Below, piece by piece: positions 1 to 8,076 of a stretch of DNA of 24,000 nt. The first letter of the stretch is position 1. Each line of letters begins with the position of its first letter. The notes beneath the pieces are model-generated. The model was not told where the DNA came from. It was given only the letters and a program-made list of their open reading frames with translations, and did no database searches. The stretch covers positions 19,555 through 43,554 of the forward strand of contig CAUVKI010000012.1 in assembly GCA_963552605.1 (NCBI GenBank). Direction: 5' to 3'. The position numbers were made by a program, and so were the translations under genes. This DNA comes from an uncultured Tissierellia bacterium. GTDB taxonomy: Bacteria; Bacillota; Clostridia; Tissierellales; Peptoniphilaceae.

Positions 1-379
1 GAATATTCCGGAGCCGGGAATTCCCGAATCATTCAAGGTGCTCATCAAGGAGTTGCAAAGCCTTTGTCTTGATGTAAAGATCTTAGATGAGAAAGATGAA
101 GAAGTGGAGCTTAGAGAATCTTTTGATGAAGATATGACCGATTTTGATGCGATGCGTGAGGATTACAGGGAGAGTCGCAACTTGTTCAAAGATGATGAGG
201 AAGATGATTATGATGGGAACGAGAAACTTTCGGACGAGTTTGAGGGCGATGAAGATAAAATTTATGAAGATGGAGAAACAGAGAAAGAAAGCTATGATCT
301 TCCCACGGGTTTCATATTGATTGAGCCGGAAGATTATCAGGACGATGAAGATACTTATGAGGACCTTGATGATTTCTAG
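1..379 (+). CDS. rpoB: DNA-directed RNA polymerase subunit beta, 3' end (open at left edge) with a long acidic C-terminal tail
   Basis: Frame from base 2 reads [28 protein letters not shown], the conserved beta-subunit C-terminal motif. The ORF is open to the window edge and rpoC starts 12 nt after its stop. The last ~95 aa are D/E-rich. Confidence 0.9.
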   Translation, partial: NIPEPGIPESFKVLIKELQSLCLDVKILDEKDEEVELRESFDEDMTDFDAMREDYRESRNLFKDDEEDDYDGNEKLSDEFEGDEDKIYEDGETEKESYDLPTGFILIEPEDYQDDEDTYEDLDDF

Positions 380-391
380 GAAGGAGAAAAT

Positions 392-3300
392 ATGCTGGAG
401 AATGTGGATTTTTATTCTATACAGATCGGTCTTGCAAGTCCGGATAAGATTAGGGAGTGGTCAAGGGGCGAAGTAAAAAAACCCGAAACCATAAACTACC
501 GCACACTTAAACCCGAACGTGAGGGGTTGTTTTGTGAAAAGATCTTCGGTCCTACCAAAGATTGGGAATGTTATTGCGGAAAATATAAGCGTGTGCGTTA
601 TAAGGGCGTGATTTGTGACAAGTGCGGAGTGGAGGTTACTAAATCCAAGGTGCGCCGTGAAAGAATGGGACATATCGAGCTTGCGTCGCCTGTTTCTCAC
701 ATATGGTATTTTAAGGGTGTTCCGTCGAGAATGGCATTGGTGCTTGACATAAAAGCCAAAGACCTTGAGGGAGTGCTTTATTTCTCGCGCTATATAGTTA
801 CGGATAAGGGAACTTATAGGCTGCCTCTAAAAGAAGTGCTTTCCGAGGGAGAATATCAGAAAGAAAAAGCCGAGGCGGAGGAAATGGGTTTAACCTTTAC
901 CGCTAAAATGGGAGCCGAGGCGATAGAAGATCTTTTGAAGAGTATAGATTTAAATGAGGAATCCGAAAAGCTTAAGAAGCAAATTGAAAAGACCGGAGGT
1001 CAATCAAAATCCAAACTTGTAAAGAGATTGGAAACAATCGAAAGCTTCAAAAAATCAGGAAATGATCCTGCGTGGATGATACTTAATGTCATACCGGTCA
1101 TTCCTCCGGATTTAAGACCTATGGTTGAGTTGGACGGCGGGAGATTTGCAACAAGCGACCTTAATGATCTTTATCGAAGAGTCATAAATCGCAACAACAG
1201 GCTAAAAAGACTTTTAGACCTCGGTGCACCTGAAATTATAGTGAGAAACGAAAAGAGAATGCTTCAGGAAGCCGTGGATTCGTTAATAGATAACGGCAGA
1301 AGGGGAAAGGCTGTAACCGGAGCGGGAAACAGAGAGCTCAAATCCTTATCGGGAATGCTTAAGGGAAAGCAAGGGCGTTTTCGTCAAAATCTTTTGGGAA
1401 AGCGGGTGGACTATTCAGGACGCTCCGTTATAGTGGTAGGTCCCGAACTCAAGTTCTATCAGTGTGGACTTCCGAAGGATATGGCTTTGGAGCTTTTTAA
1501 GCCTTTCGTTATGAAAAGACTGGTTGAGGAGAACTATGCGCATAACATAAAGTCTGCAAAACGAATGGTGGAACGGGCGGAAGCTGAAGTGTGGGATGCG
1601 TTGGAATATGTGATAGAGGATCACCCCGTTCTTTTAAACAGAGCCCCGACTCTTCACAGATTGGGAATACAGGCATTTGAGCCGTTGCTTGTTGAGGGAA
1701 AGGCCATAAAGCTTCACCCTTTGGTGTGCGCCGCTTTTAATGCGGACTTTGACGGAGATCAAATGCCAGTACACATTCCGATTTCCGTGGAAGCTCAAGC
1801 GGAAGCAAGAATGCTTATGCTCTCTACCAATAATATCCTCGCACCCAAAGACGGAAAACCCATAACCACACCTTCTCAAGATATGGTGCTCGGGTGTTAT
1901 TGGATTACAATGGAAATTGCCGGAGAAATAGGAGAGGGAAAGCTCTTTTGTGACTATAACGAAATGCTCACCGCTTTGGAACATAAAGCTGTGGGGCTTC
2001 ATTCAAGAGTTAAAGTGCGTGTCAAATTAAACAGCAAGGATAGAGGAAAGATAGTCGAGAGCACGGTCGGAAGATTTATAATGAATCAGGAAATTCCTCA
2101 GGATTTGGGATTTGTGGACAGGGAAAAAGACCCCTATTCCTTGGAAGTGGATTTCTTATTAAAGAAAAAACAACTAAGCCTCCTTGTTGAGAAATGCTAT
2201 AAAAAACACGGCAATATAAAGACTGCAAGGCTTTTGGATCATATTAAATCAACAGGATTTAAATATTCCACACTCGCCGCCATTTCAATTTCAATAGGAG
2301 ATATTTTAGTTCCGGATGCAAAGAGGGAAATCATTGCACAGGCTGAGGAAAAGGTCGAAAAAATTCAAAAGATTTTCAAAAGAGGTCTTATATCGGACGA
2401 TGAACGCTATGAAAAGGTAATTGAAACTTGGACAAAAGCCACGGATGATCTTACCAATATCCTTATGGATAATATGAATGAGCTTAACAATATATACATT
2501 ATGACCAACTCGGGTGCGAGAGGAAGTATGCAGCAAATTCGTCAGCTTGCCGGAATGCGGGGACTTATGGCATCAACTTCCGGAAAGACTGTCGAAATTC
2601 CAATCAAATCAAATTTCCGTGAAGGACTTTCCGTATTGGAGTTTTTTATATCAACTCACGGTGCAAGAAAAGGATTGGCGGACACCGCATTGCGCACGGC
2701 GGATTCGGGATATCTTACGAGAAGGTTGGTAGATGTAAGTCAGCAGGTGATTATCAGAGAAGAGGACTGCAAAACGGAGGAGTATTTGACCATCACCTCG
2801 TTTAAAGACGGCAATGAAGTCATTGAGGAATTGAAAGACCGAATTGAGGGAAGATATTCGGCGGAAACCGTAACCCATCCGGAAACGGGGGAAATAATAG
2901 TTGAAAAAGGCTGTATGATTTCTCAGGATCAGGCGGAAAAAATTCAAGATGCGGGGATAATAAGCGTAAAAGCCAGATCGGTTTTGGGGTGTCATTCAAA
3001 GCGGGGAGTCTGTGCTCATTGCTACGGCAGAAACTTAGCCCAAGACGGAGATATTCAGATAGGAGAATCCGTAGGAATTATAGCGGCTCAATCCATAGGA
3101 GAGCCGGGAACTCAGCTTACGATGAGAGGATTTCACACCGGAGGAGTGGCGGGAGTTGCGGATATAACCCAAGGCTTGCCCAGAGTTGAGGAACTTTTTG
3201 AAGCGAGAAAACCAAAAGGTCTTGCGGTGATAAGTGAAGTTGCAGGAGAAGTGTCAATAAGAGACAATGAGGACAAGAGAAAAGATGTGGTAATAATCGA

Positions 3301-3934
3301 CGAACAAGGCGAAGAACACATCTATCATATCAATTACGGATATAGAATTCTTGTGAAAGAAGGACAGTATGTGGAAGAAGCTCAGGCTCTTACGGACGGT
3401 TCAATTGACCCTCACGAGATAATGAAGATTAAGGGAATTGAAGCGGTTGAACACTATATAGTAAAAGAAGTGCAAAGAGTATATAAAATGGCGGGTATCG
3501 ACATCAATGATAAGCACATTGAATTGATAGTAAGGCAGATGCTCTCAAAAGTGAAGATAGGAAACCCCGGGGACTCCGAGTTTTTGCCGGGCTCCATGGT
3601 TTCGTGGCAGACATTCAATGCGGTCAATCGCAGACTTGAGGAGAATGGAGAAACCGCCTCCGAGGGGGAAAGAATTCTACTGGGAATTACAAAAGCCGCA
3701 CTTGCAACGGAATCTTTCCTTTCCGCCGCATCGTTCCAAGAAACTACAAGGGTTTTGACTCAAGCGGCGATAGAGGGAAAGAGAGACCATTTAGAGGGAC
3801 TTAAGGAAAATATAATCATAGGAAAGCTCATTCCTGCAGGTACGGGATTGGTAAGATATAGAAAAGTGGAAGTGGAAAAGGAAAAAAAGACGGAAAAAAT
3901 CCTTAGAGAGATTCCTGTTGAGGATCTGTTATAG
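392..3934 (+). CDS. rpoC: DNA-directed RNA polymerase subunit beta-prime
   Basis: 1180-aa ORF with SD aaggag at 381-386. It has the N-terminal zinc motif [23 protein letters not shown] and the catalytic NADFDGDQM motif, and sits immediately downstream of rpoB. Confidence 0.97.
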   Translation: MLENVDFYSIQIGLASPDKIREWSRGEVKKPETINYRTLKPEREGLFCEKIFGPTKDWECYCGKYKRVRYKGVICDKCGVEVTKSKVRRERMGHIELASPVSHIWYFKGVPSRMALVLDIKAKDLEGVLYFSRYIVTDKGTYRLPLKEVLSEGEYQKEKAEAEEMGLTFTAKMGAEAIEDLLKSIDLNEESEKLKKQIEKTGGQSKSKLVKRLETIESFKKSGNDPAWMILNVIPVIPPDLRPMVELDGGRFATSDLNDLYRRVINRNNRLKRLLDLGAPEIIVRNEKRMLQEAVDSLIDNGRRGKAVTGAGNRELKSLSGMLKGKQGRFRQNLLGKRVDYSGRSVIVVGPELKFYQCGLPKDMALELFKPFVMKRLVEENYAHNIKSAKRMVERAEAEVWDALEYVIEDHPVLLNRAPTLHRLGIQAFEPLLVEGKAIKLHPLVCAAFNADFDGDQMPVHIPISVEAQAEARMLMLSTNNILAPKDGKPITTPSQDMVLGCYWITMEIAGEIGEGKLFCDYNEMLTALEHKAVGLHSRVKVRVKLNSKDRGKIVESTVGRFIMNQEIPQDLGFVDREKDPYSLEVDFLLKKKQLSLLVEKCYKKHGNIKTARLLDHIKSTGFKYSTLAAISISIGDILVPDAKREIIAQAEEKVEKIQKIFKRGLISDDERYEKVIETWTKATDDLTNILMDNMNELNNIYIMTNSGARGSMQQIRQLAGMRGLMASTSGKTVEIPIKSNFREGLSVLEFFISTHGARKGLADTALRTADSGYLTRRLVDVSQQVIIREEDCKTEEYLTITSFKDGNEVIEELKDRIEGRYSAETVTHPETGEIIVEKGCMISQDQAEKIQDAGIISVKARSVLGCHSKRGVCAHCYGRNLAQDGDIQIGESVGIIAAQSIGEPGTQLTMRGFHTGGVAGVADITQGLPRVEELFEARKPKGLAVISEVAGEVSIRDNEDKRKDVVIIDEQGEEHIYHINYGYRILVKEGQYVEEAQALTDGSIDPHEIMKIKGIEAVEHYIVKEVQRVYKMAGIDINDKHIELIVRQMLSKVKIGNPGDSEFLPGSMVSWQTFNAVNRRLEENGETASEGERILLGITKAALATESFLSAASFQETTRVLTQAAIEGKRDHLEGLKENIIIGKLIPAGTGLVRYRKVEVEKEKKTEKILREIPVEDLL

Positions 3935-3961
3935 TCCTGACTTATGTCGTAATCGTGAAGC

Positions 3962-3997
3962 ATCGGCGACTGCAAAAATGTAGTCGCCGATTTTTTT
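3962..3997 (+). terminator. Rho-independent terminator of rpoC
   Basis: 13-bp stem atcggcgactgca / tgtagtcgccgat (one G-U pair), A-rich 4-nt loop, then T7 (3991-3997). Confidence 0.8.
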
Positions 3998-4010
3998 GCG
4001 AGTATCTGAT

Positions 4011-4120
4011 ACTATTATTTCTTTGAATTGTGGATATAAACAATTTGTACTCCACAGAAGATACACGAATTTTTGTGGTCGAAAAATAGATATAACCATA
4101 CCTCTATTGAATAATATAGT
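4011..4120 (+). repeat. MITE-like repeat, copy A (110 nt)
   Basis: Reverse-complement match to 6884-6982 with 3 substitutions, a 9-nt insertion (ctccacaga) and a 2-nt insertion. About 86% identical over ~78 nt to 9404-9480. Starts ACTATTATT and ends with an imperfect inverted copy, AATAATATAGT. Confidence 0.75.
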
Positions 4121-4224
4121 CGATTAACTTAGAATTACGAATCAGCCCTCCTTGCAATTCCTGCGTTTTATTTTTTAATTTATTCGGCTCATAAGATTAA
4201 AATACTATAGTATGAATTTTTTAT

Positions 4225-4261
4225 ATAAAAAACGGGCAAAAACTTCAGCCCGTTTTTTTTT
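4225..4261. terminator. Bidirectional intrinsic terminator (terminates the minus-strand two-gene operon)
   Basis: Stem aacgggc (4231-4237) / gcccgtt (4248-4254). It is flanked by an A-run on the left and a T-run on the right, so it reads as hairpin plus U-tract on both strands. The stop codon of the 77-aa ORF lies in the loop. Confidence 0.7.
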
Positions 4262-4478
4262 CATCAACCTCGCTCGGCACATGCCTATCCACATATCTAT
4301 CCAAAAGCCTGAAAAAGAGGATAATTGCAGTTATAAGGCACGCAATTCTGCATACAGCCCATAACTCAAAAGGCACAGGAAAATTCCGAATAAATATACT
4401 GAGGTCAAAAGACAGATATACGAGTGCGACTATGATAACCGCCTCTAAAAGGATACAAAACTTCTCTTCGTATCTCAT
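4245..4478 (-). CDS. Small membrane protein, 77 aa, two predicted TM helices and a charged C-terminus; no recognised family
   Basis: The ORF shares an ATGA start/stop overlap with the upstream gene. SD-like gagg lies 7 nt upstream. Hydrophobic stretches are FCILLEAVIIVALVYLSF and LWAVCRIACLITAIILFF, and the C-terminal tail is DRYVDRHVPSEVDEKKTG. Confidence 0.6.
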   Translation of the reverse strand: MRYEEKFCILLEAVIIVALVYLSFDLSIFIRNFPVPFELWAVCRIACLITAIILFFRLLDRYVDRHVPSEVDEKKTG

Positions 4479-4873
4479 GATTCAACCTCATAAATCTTTC
4501 TGCATACTACACGAACTCTCTTATTAGGTTTAACAGTGAATGTATGAGTTTCAGTTCTGACAAAAGAAAGATTTGGAGCTATTCCCAGACCCTTAATATC
4601 TCCTGAGAAAGTTGTTCCAAACGAAAGTGTTTCTGTGATCGTAATACTTCCCTCTGAATAGTGATAATATTTAGAAACGGTTTCGTAAGGTGAATACTCA
4701 TAATAAGTTCTCACGTTAATTGCCCTGTTCCTAATATCGTTTATGAACTTCGGTCTAATAGCTTCCTTCTCTGTGGCATCCTGCCCTCTTTGCGCAAACA
4801 CACTTGTGGGAAGCGCAAGAATCCCAATAGACAACAATAAAGCCAACACTGAAATAAACAACTTCTTTTTCAT
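4475..4873 (-). CDS. Secreted protein, 132 aa, Sec-type signal peptide; no recognised family
   Basis: Consensus SD aaggagg lies 5-6 nt upstream of the ATG. The N-terminus MKKKLFISVLALLLSIGILALPTSVFA/Q is a classic signal peptide with an AxA-like cleavage site. The mature part is Y/T/S-rich and looks beta-rich. Confidence 0.7.
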   Translation of the reverse strand: MKKKLFISVLALLLSIGILALPTSVFAQRGQDATEKEAIRPKFINDIRNRAINVRTYYEYSPYETVSKYYHYSEGSITITETLSFGTTFSGDIKGLGIAPNLSFVRTETHTFTVKPNKRVRVVCRKIYEVES

Positions 4874-5006
4874 ACTCTCCTCCTTAAATATCTTTTCAAC
4901 TGTCTTAACCTGTTCACTACTGACCGAGATAATTTTTGCCTAAAGCATTTGTCAGAAAACAGATCTGCTGACTTTGAGCTCACCTCACTTTCTCTCTCCT
5001 AAGCAC

Positions 5007-5033
5007 ATTATAATCCAAAAGAAAAAAAAACAA
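5007..5033 (-). promoter_or_regulatory. Candidate promoter for the minus-strand operon
   Basis: On the minus strand, TATAAT lies at 5012-5007 and a weak -35 ttgttt at 5033-5028, with a suboptimal 15-nt spacer. This would give a ~125-nt leader. Confidence 0.3.
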
Positions 5034-5132
5034 CCATTATTTTCGAAATAAATAAAATTTTAATATTAAAGAGATGAAATGTCTAATTCAAACACTTAAA
5101 TATTATAACCGTAGTTTGTTATGTAAATGTGT

Positions 5133-5160
5133 AAAAAAGAGCAGCCTAAGGACTGTTCTT
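5133..5160 (-). terminator. Orphan terminator-like hairpin (minus strand)
   Basis: 8-bp stem aagagcag (5137-5144) / ctgttctt (5153-5160) with one G-U pair. On the minus strand it is followed by a T-run. No ORF is evident upstream of it. Confidence 0.35.
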
Positions 5161-5333
5161 AACCTAATTTATCTCTGGGGGGAACTTTTTTATAGGGAGT
5201 TATCAGCACCACTTCTCCCTCGCTATAAGTGCCAAGCACCTGATTACATTTAAATCTCCTCCAAATTTTCCAACACTTCACATGTCAAATCCGATGACAA
5301 TTTTTATAAAGTAAAAACGACTTTCACCTTGTG

Positions 5334-5382
5334 TGGTAGAATATAATGATCACACAGAGTAAAAGTCGCTTTTTTAGGAGGA
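5334..5382 (+). promoter_or_regulatory. Candidate extended -10 promoter plus consensus SD abutting the rpoC fragment
   Basis: TGGTAGAAT at 5334-5342 overlaps TATAAT at 5342-5347. AGGAGGA lies at 5376-5382, and rpoC homology starts at 5391. There is no convincing -35. Confidence 0.35.
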
Positions 5383-5390
5383 ATAAGTTT

Positions 5391-6675
5391 GATGAACGCT
5401 ATGAAAAGGTAATTGAAACTTGGATAAAAGCCACGGATGATCTTACCAATATCCTTATGGATAATATGAATGAGCTTAACAATATATACATTATGACCAA
5501 CTCGGGTGCGAGAGGAAGTATGCAGCAAATTCGTCAGCTTGCCGGAATACGGCAATGAAGTCATTGAGGAATTGAAAGACCGAATTGAGGGAAGATACTC
5601 AGCGGAAACCGTAACCCACCCCGAAACGGGAGAAATAATAGTTGAAAAAGGCTGTATGATTTCTCAGGATCAGGCAGAAAAAATTCAAGATGCGGGGATA
5701 ATAAGCGTAAAAGCCAGATCGGTTTTGGGGTGTCATTCAAAGCGGGGAGTCTGTGCTCATTGCTACGGCAGAAACTTAGCCCAAGACGGAGATATTCAGA
5801 TAGGAGAATCCGTAGGAATTATAGCGGCTCAATCCATAGGAGAGCCGGGAACTCAGCTTACGATGAGAGGATTTCACACCGGAGGAGTGGCGGGAGTTGC
5901 GGATATAACCCAAGGCTTGCCCAGAGTTGAGGAACTTTTTGAAGCGAGAAAACCAAAAGGTCTTGCGGTGATAAGTGAAGTTGCAGGAGAAGTGTCAATA
6001 AGAGACAATGAGGACAAGAGAAAAGATGTGGTAATAATCGACGAACAAGGCGAAGAACACATCTATCATATCAATTACGGATATAGAATTCTTGTGAAAG
6101 AAGGACAGTATGTGGAAGAAGCTCAGGCTCTTACGGACGGTTCAATTGACCCTCACGAGATAATGAAGATTAAGGGAATTGAAGCGGTTGAACACTATAT
6201 AGTAAAAGAAGTGCAAAGAGTATATAAAATGGCGGGTATCGACATCAATGATAAGCACATTGAATTGATAGTAAGGCAGATGCTCTCAAAAGTGAAGATA
6301 GGAAACCCCGGGGACTCCGAGTTTTTGCCGGGCTCCATGGTTTCGTGGCAGACATTCAATGCGGTCAATCGCAGACTTGAGGAGAATGGAGAAACCGCCT
6401 CCGAGGGGGAAAGAATTCTACTGGGAATTACAAAAGCCGCACTTGCAACGGAATCTTTCCTTTCCGCCGCATCGTTCCAAGAAACTACAAGGGTTTTGAC
6501 TCAAGCGGCGATAGAGGGAAAGAGAGACCATTTAGAGGGACTTAAGGAAAATATAATCATAGGAAAGCTCATTCCTGCAGGTACGGGATTGGTAAGATAT
6601 AGAAAAGTGGAAGTGGAAAAGGAAAAAAAGACGGAAAAAATCCTTAGAGAGATTCCTGTTGAGGATCTGTTATAG
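5391..6675 (+). pseudogene. rpoC: Truncated, internally deleted duplicate of the rpoC 3' region
   Basis: 5391-5548 matches rpoC 2399-2556 and 5549-6675 matches rpoC 2808-3934. The 251 nt at 2557-2807 are missing, so the two blocks are out of frame. There is no native start. The 389-aa track ORF begins at a GTG in out-of-frame rpoC sequence. Confidence 0.9.
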
Positions 6676-6702
6676 TCCTGACTTATGTCGTAATCGTGAA
6701 GC

Positions 6703-6739
6703 ATCGGCGGCTGCAGAAATGTAGCCGCCGATTTTTTTT
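6703..6739 (+). terminator. Duplicate of the rpoC terminator (variant stem)
   Basis: Same hairpin as 3962-3997, but an A-T stem pair is replaced by G-C (6710/6725), there is one loop change (6716), and the tract is T8 rather than T7. Confidence 0.8.
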
Positions 6740-6824
6740 GGTATCTGTGTTTTTTATACTAAAATTCTATAAACTTATTGAATATCAAACATAAATATGC
6801 CGGACTAGCTTGGGGGTGAAATAA

Positions 6825-7186
6825 ATGCACAAAATACAACAACAAGAAGCAGAAAAGATAAAAGAAATGAGAAAGAAAGTAATACTATTATTCAATAGAA
6901 GTATGGTTATATATATTTTTCGACCATAAAAATTCGTGTATCTTACAAATTGTTTATATCCACAATTCAAAGAAATAATAGTATAAAATACAAAAGACTA
7001 TATGCAGTGCAGCTAAGAGCGGAAAGAAAAACCAATCAGGAAATAGCGGAAAAATTAGACACATCGGATAGGGTAGTAAGCAATTGGATATGCAAATATG
7101 TAAAAGAAGGAATAGAGGGATTATTAAGCAAACGACAAAAAGGAAATCACAGAAATATGACATTAAGGAAGGATAGTATAAGATAG
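6825..7186 (+). pseudogene. IS630-like transposase N-terminal HTH fragment, split by a MITE-like insertion and 3'-truncated
   Basis: SD gggggtga then ATG 6825 encodes MHKIQQQEAEKIKEMRKKV. After the 99-nt insert the ORF continues KYKRLYAVQLRAERKTNQEIAEKLDTSDRVVSNWICKYVKEGIEGLLSKRQKGNHRNM. This is a winged-helix/HTH pattern that I associate with IS630-family N-termini. No DDE domain follows. Confidence 0.6.
6884..6982 (-). repeat. MITE-like repeat, copy B (99 nt), inverted relative to copies A and C
   Basis: Perfect 9-bp terminal inverted repeats ACTATTATT / AATAATAGT, flanked by AT on both sides (6882-6883 and 6983-6984). About 97% identical to copy A apart from the indels. Confidence 0.75.
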
Positions 7187-7445
7187 TCGGCAGCTTTTTT
7201 AAAAAAGAGTTAAGCTCTAATCGTTGATAAATTTTTTGCAGGAAAAAATATCCGATATTTAGCTTGTTGCTTTCAGACATAATTTTATCAGTAGCCTTAA
7301 TTTTCTGAGCAAAATCAACTTTTATGTCTAAAAATAAATTTTAAAAATTTGACAAAAGAATGGAGCTATTTCAAGCTTTTTAAGGTGTTTGAGGCAATTT
7401 AACTGTCGAAAACCCGTTTCGTTTTCGATTGAATAACAAAAAATC

Positions 7446-7474
7446 TTGTTCCTTAGGTGAGTTATTGGTATAAT
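7446..7474 (+). promoter_or_regulatory. Candidate efp promoter
   Basis: TTGTTC (7446-7451), a 17-nt spacer, then extended -10 TGGTATAAT (7466-7474), about 30 nt upstream of the efp start. Confidence 0.5.
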
Positions 7475-7505
7475 AGGGGCGTAGGAATTGTTAAGGAGGA
7501 ATGAG

Positions 7506-8066
7506 ATGGTATCTGCTAGTGATTTTAAAAACGGCTTGACTTTCATTTTTGAGGGTGATGTGTATCAGGTCGTGGAATTTCAGCATGTGAAACCCGGAAA
7601 GGGGGCTGCTTTTGTGCGGACTAAAATCAAGTCCGTTATGAGCGGGGGTACGAAAGAGCTTACATTTAATCCGTCTGAGAAGTTTGAACAGGCTCAGCTT
7701 GAATCCAAGGAAATGCAATATCTCTATAATGAAGGCGAATTATACTACTTTATGGACAACGAAACCTATGAGCAAATTCCAATTTCCAAGGACAAGGTGG
7801 AGGACGCAATGAAATTCTTAAAGGAAAATGATAGTGCAAATATTCGTTTCTTTAAGGGAGAGCCTTTCGAGGTGCTTGCGCCGAATTTTGTGGAGCTTGA
7901 AGTTATTCACACGGAGCCGGGGGTTAAAGGAAACACGGCAACCGGAGCCAATAAGCCCGCAACCGTCAGCACGGGAGCGACCGTTACCGTTCCGCTTTTT
8001 GTAAACACCGGCGATGTCATTAAGATAGACACTCGTTCGGGAGAATATCTCTCAAGAGTACAATAG
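7506..8066 (+). CDS. efp: Elongation factor P
   Basis: [42 protein letters not shown] is the canonical EF-P N-terminus, including the KPGKG loop. SD aggagga lies at 7494-7500. The track ORF start at 7488 is probably too early. Confidence 0.95.
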   Translation: MVSASDFKNGLTFIFEGDVYQVVEFQHVKPGKGAAFVRTKIKSVMSGGTKELTFNPSEKFEQAQLESKEMQYLYNEGELYYFMDNETYEQIPISKDKVEDAMKFLKENDSANIRFFKGEPFEVLAPNFVELEVIHTEPGVKGNTATGANKPATVSTGATVTVPLFVNTGDVIKIDTRSGEYLSRVQ

Positions 8067-8076
8067 GAGGTGTGTG

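Noticed and set aside
461-3975. Multiple 60-120-aa minus-strand and off-frame ORFs inside rpoC, with their duplicates at 5304-6704
   Set aside because: They are embedded in a strongly supported essential gene. They recur in the duplicate only because the DNA is duplicated, and they have no start signals.
4245-4478. Calling the 77-aa 2-TM protein a holin and inferring a prophage lysis cassette
   Set aside because: No endolysin or any other phage gene is nearby. Topology alone is insufficient, so this is kept only as a speculative alternative in the findings.
2399-6675. Diversity-generating retroelement (template/variable repeat) as an explanation for the rpoC duplicate
   Set aside because: The differences are not adenine-specific (T>C, G>A and G>C are all present). 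The repeat is over 1 kb rather than ~100-150 bp. No reverse transcriptase gene is present.
5506-6675. The 389-aa track ORF as a functional stand-alone beta-prime C-terminal protein
   Set aside because: It starts at a GTG with no SD. Its first 14 codons are out-of-frame rpoC sequence, the same peptide as spurious ORF 2514-2732. It is treated as a pseudogene fragment, though expression has not been excluded.
6954-7280. 108-aa minus-strand ORF
   Set aside because: Most of it is antisense to the HTH transposase fragment, with an implausible composition. Only its first ~29 aa (7200-7280) vaguely resemble a transposase scrap, which is too short to call.
7406-7428. Perfect 8-bp hairpin (tcgaaaac/gttttcga) upstream of the efp promoter, as a possible terminator or riboswitch element
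   Set aside because: No U-tract follows on either strand and no larger conserved structure is recognisable. It could be an operator or remnant, but nothing supports a specific call.
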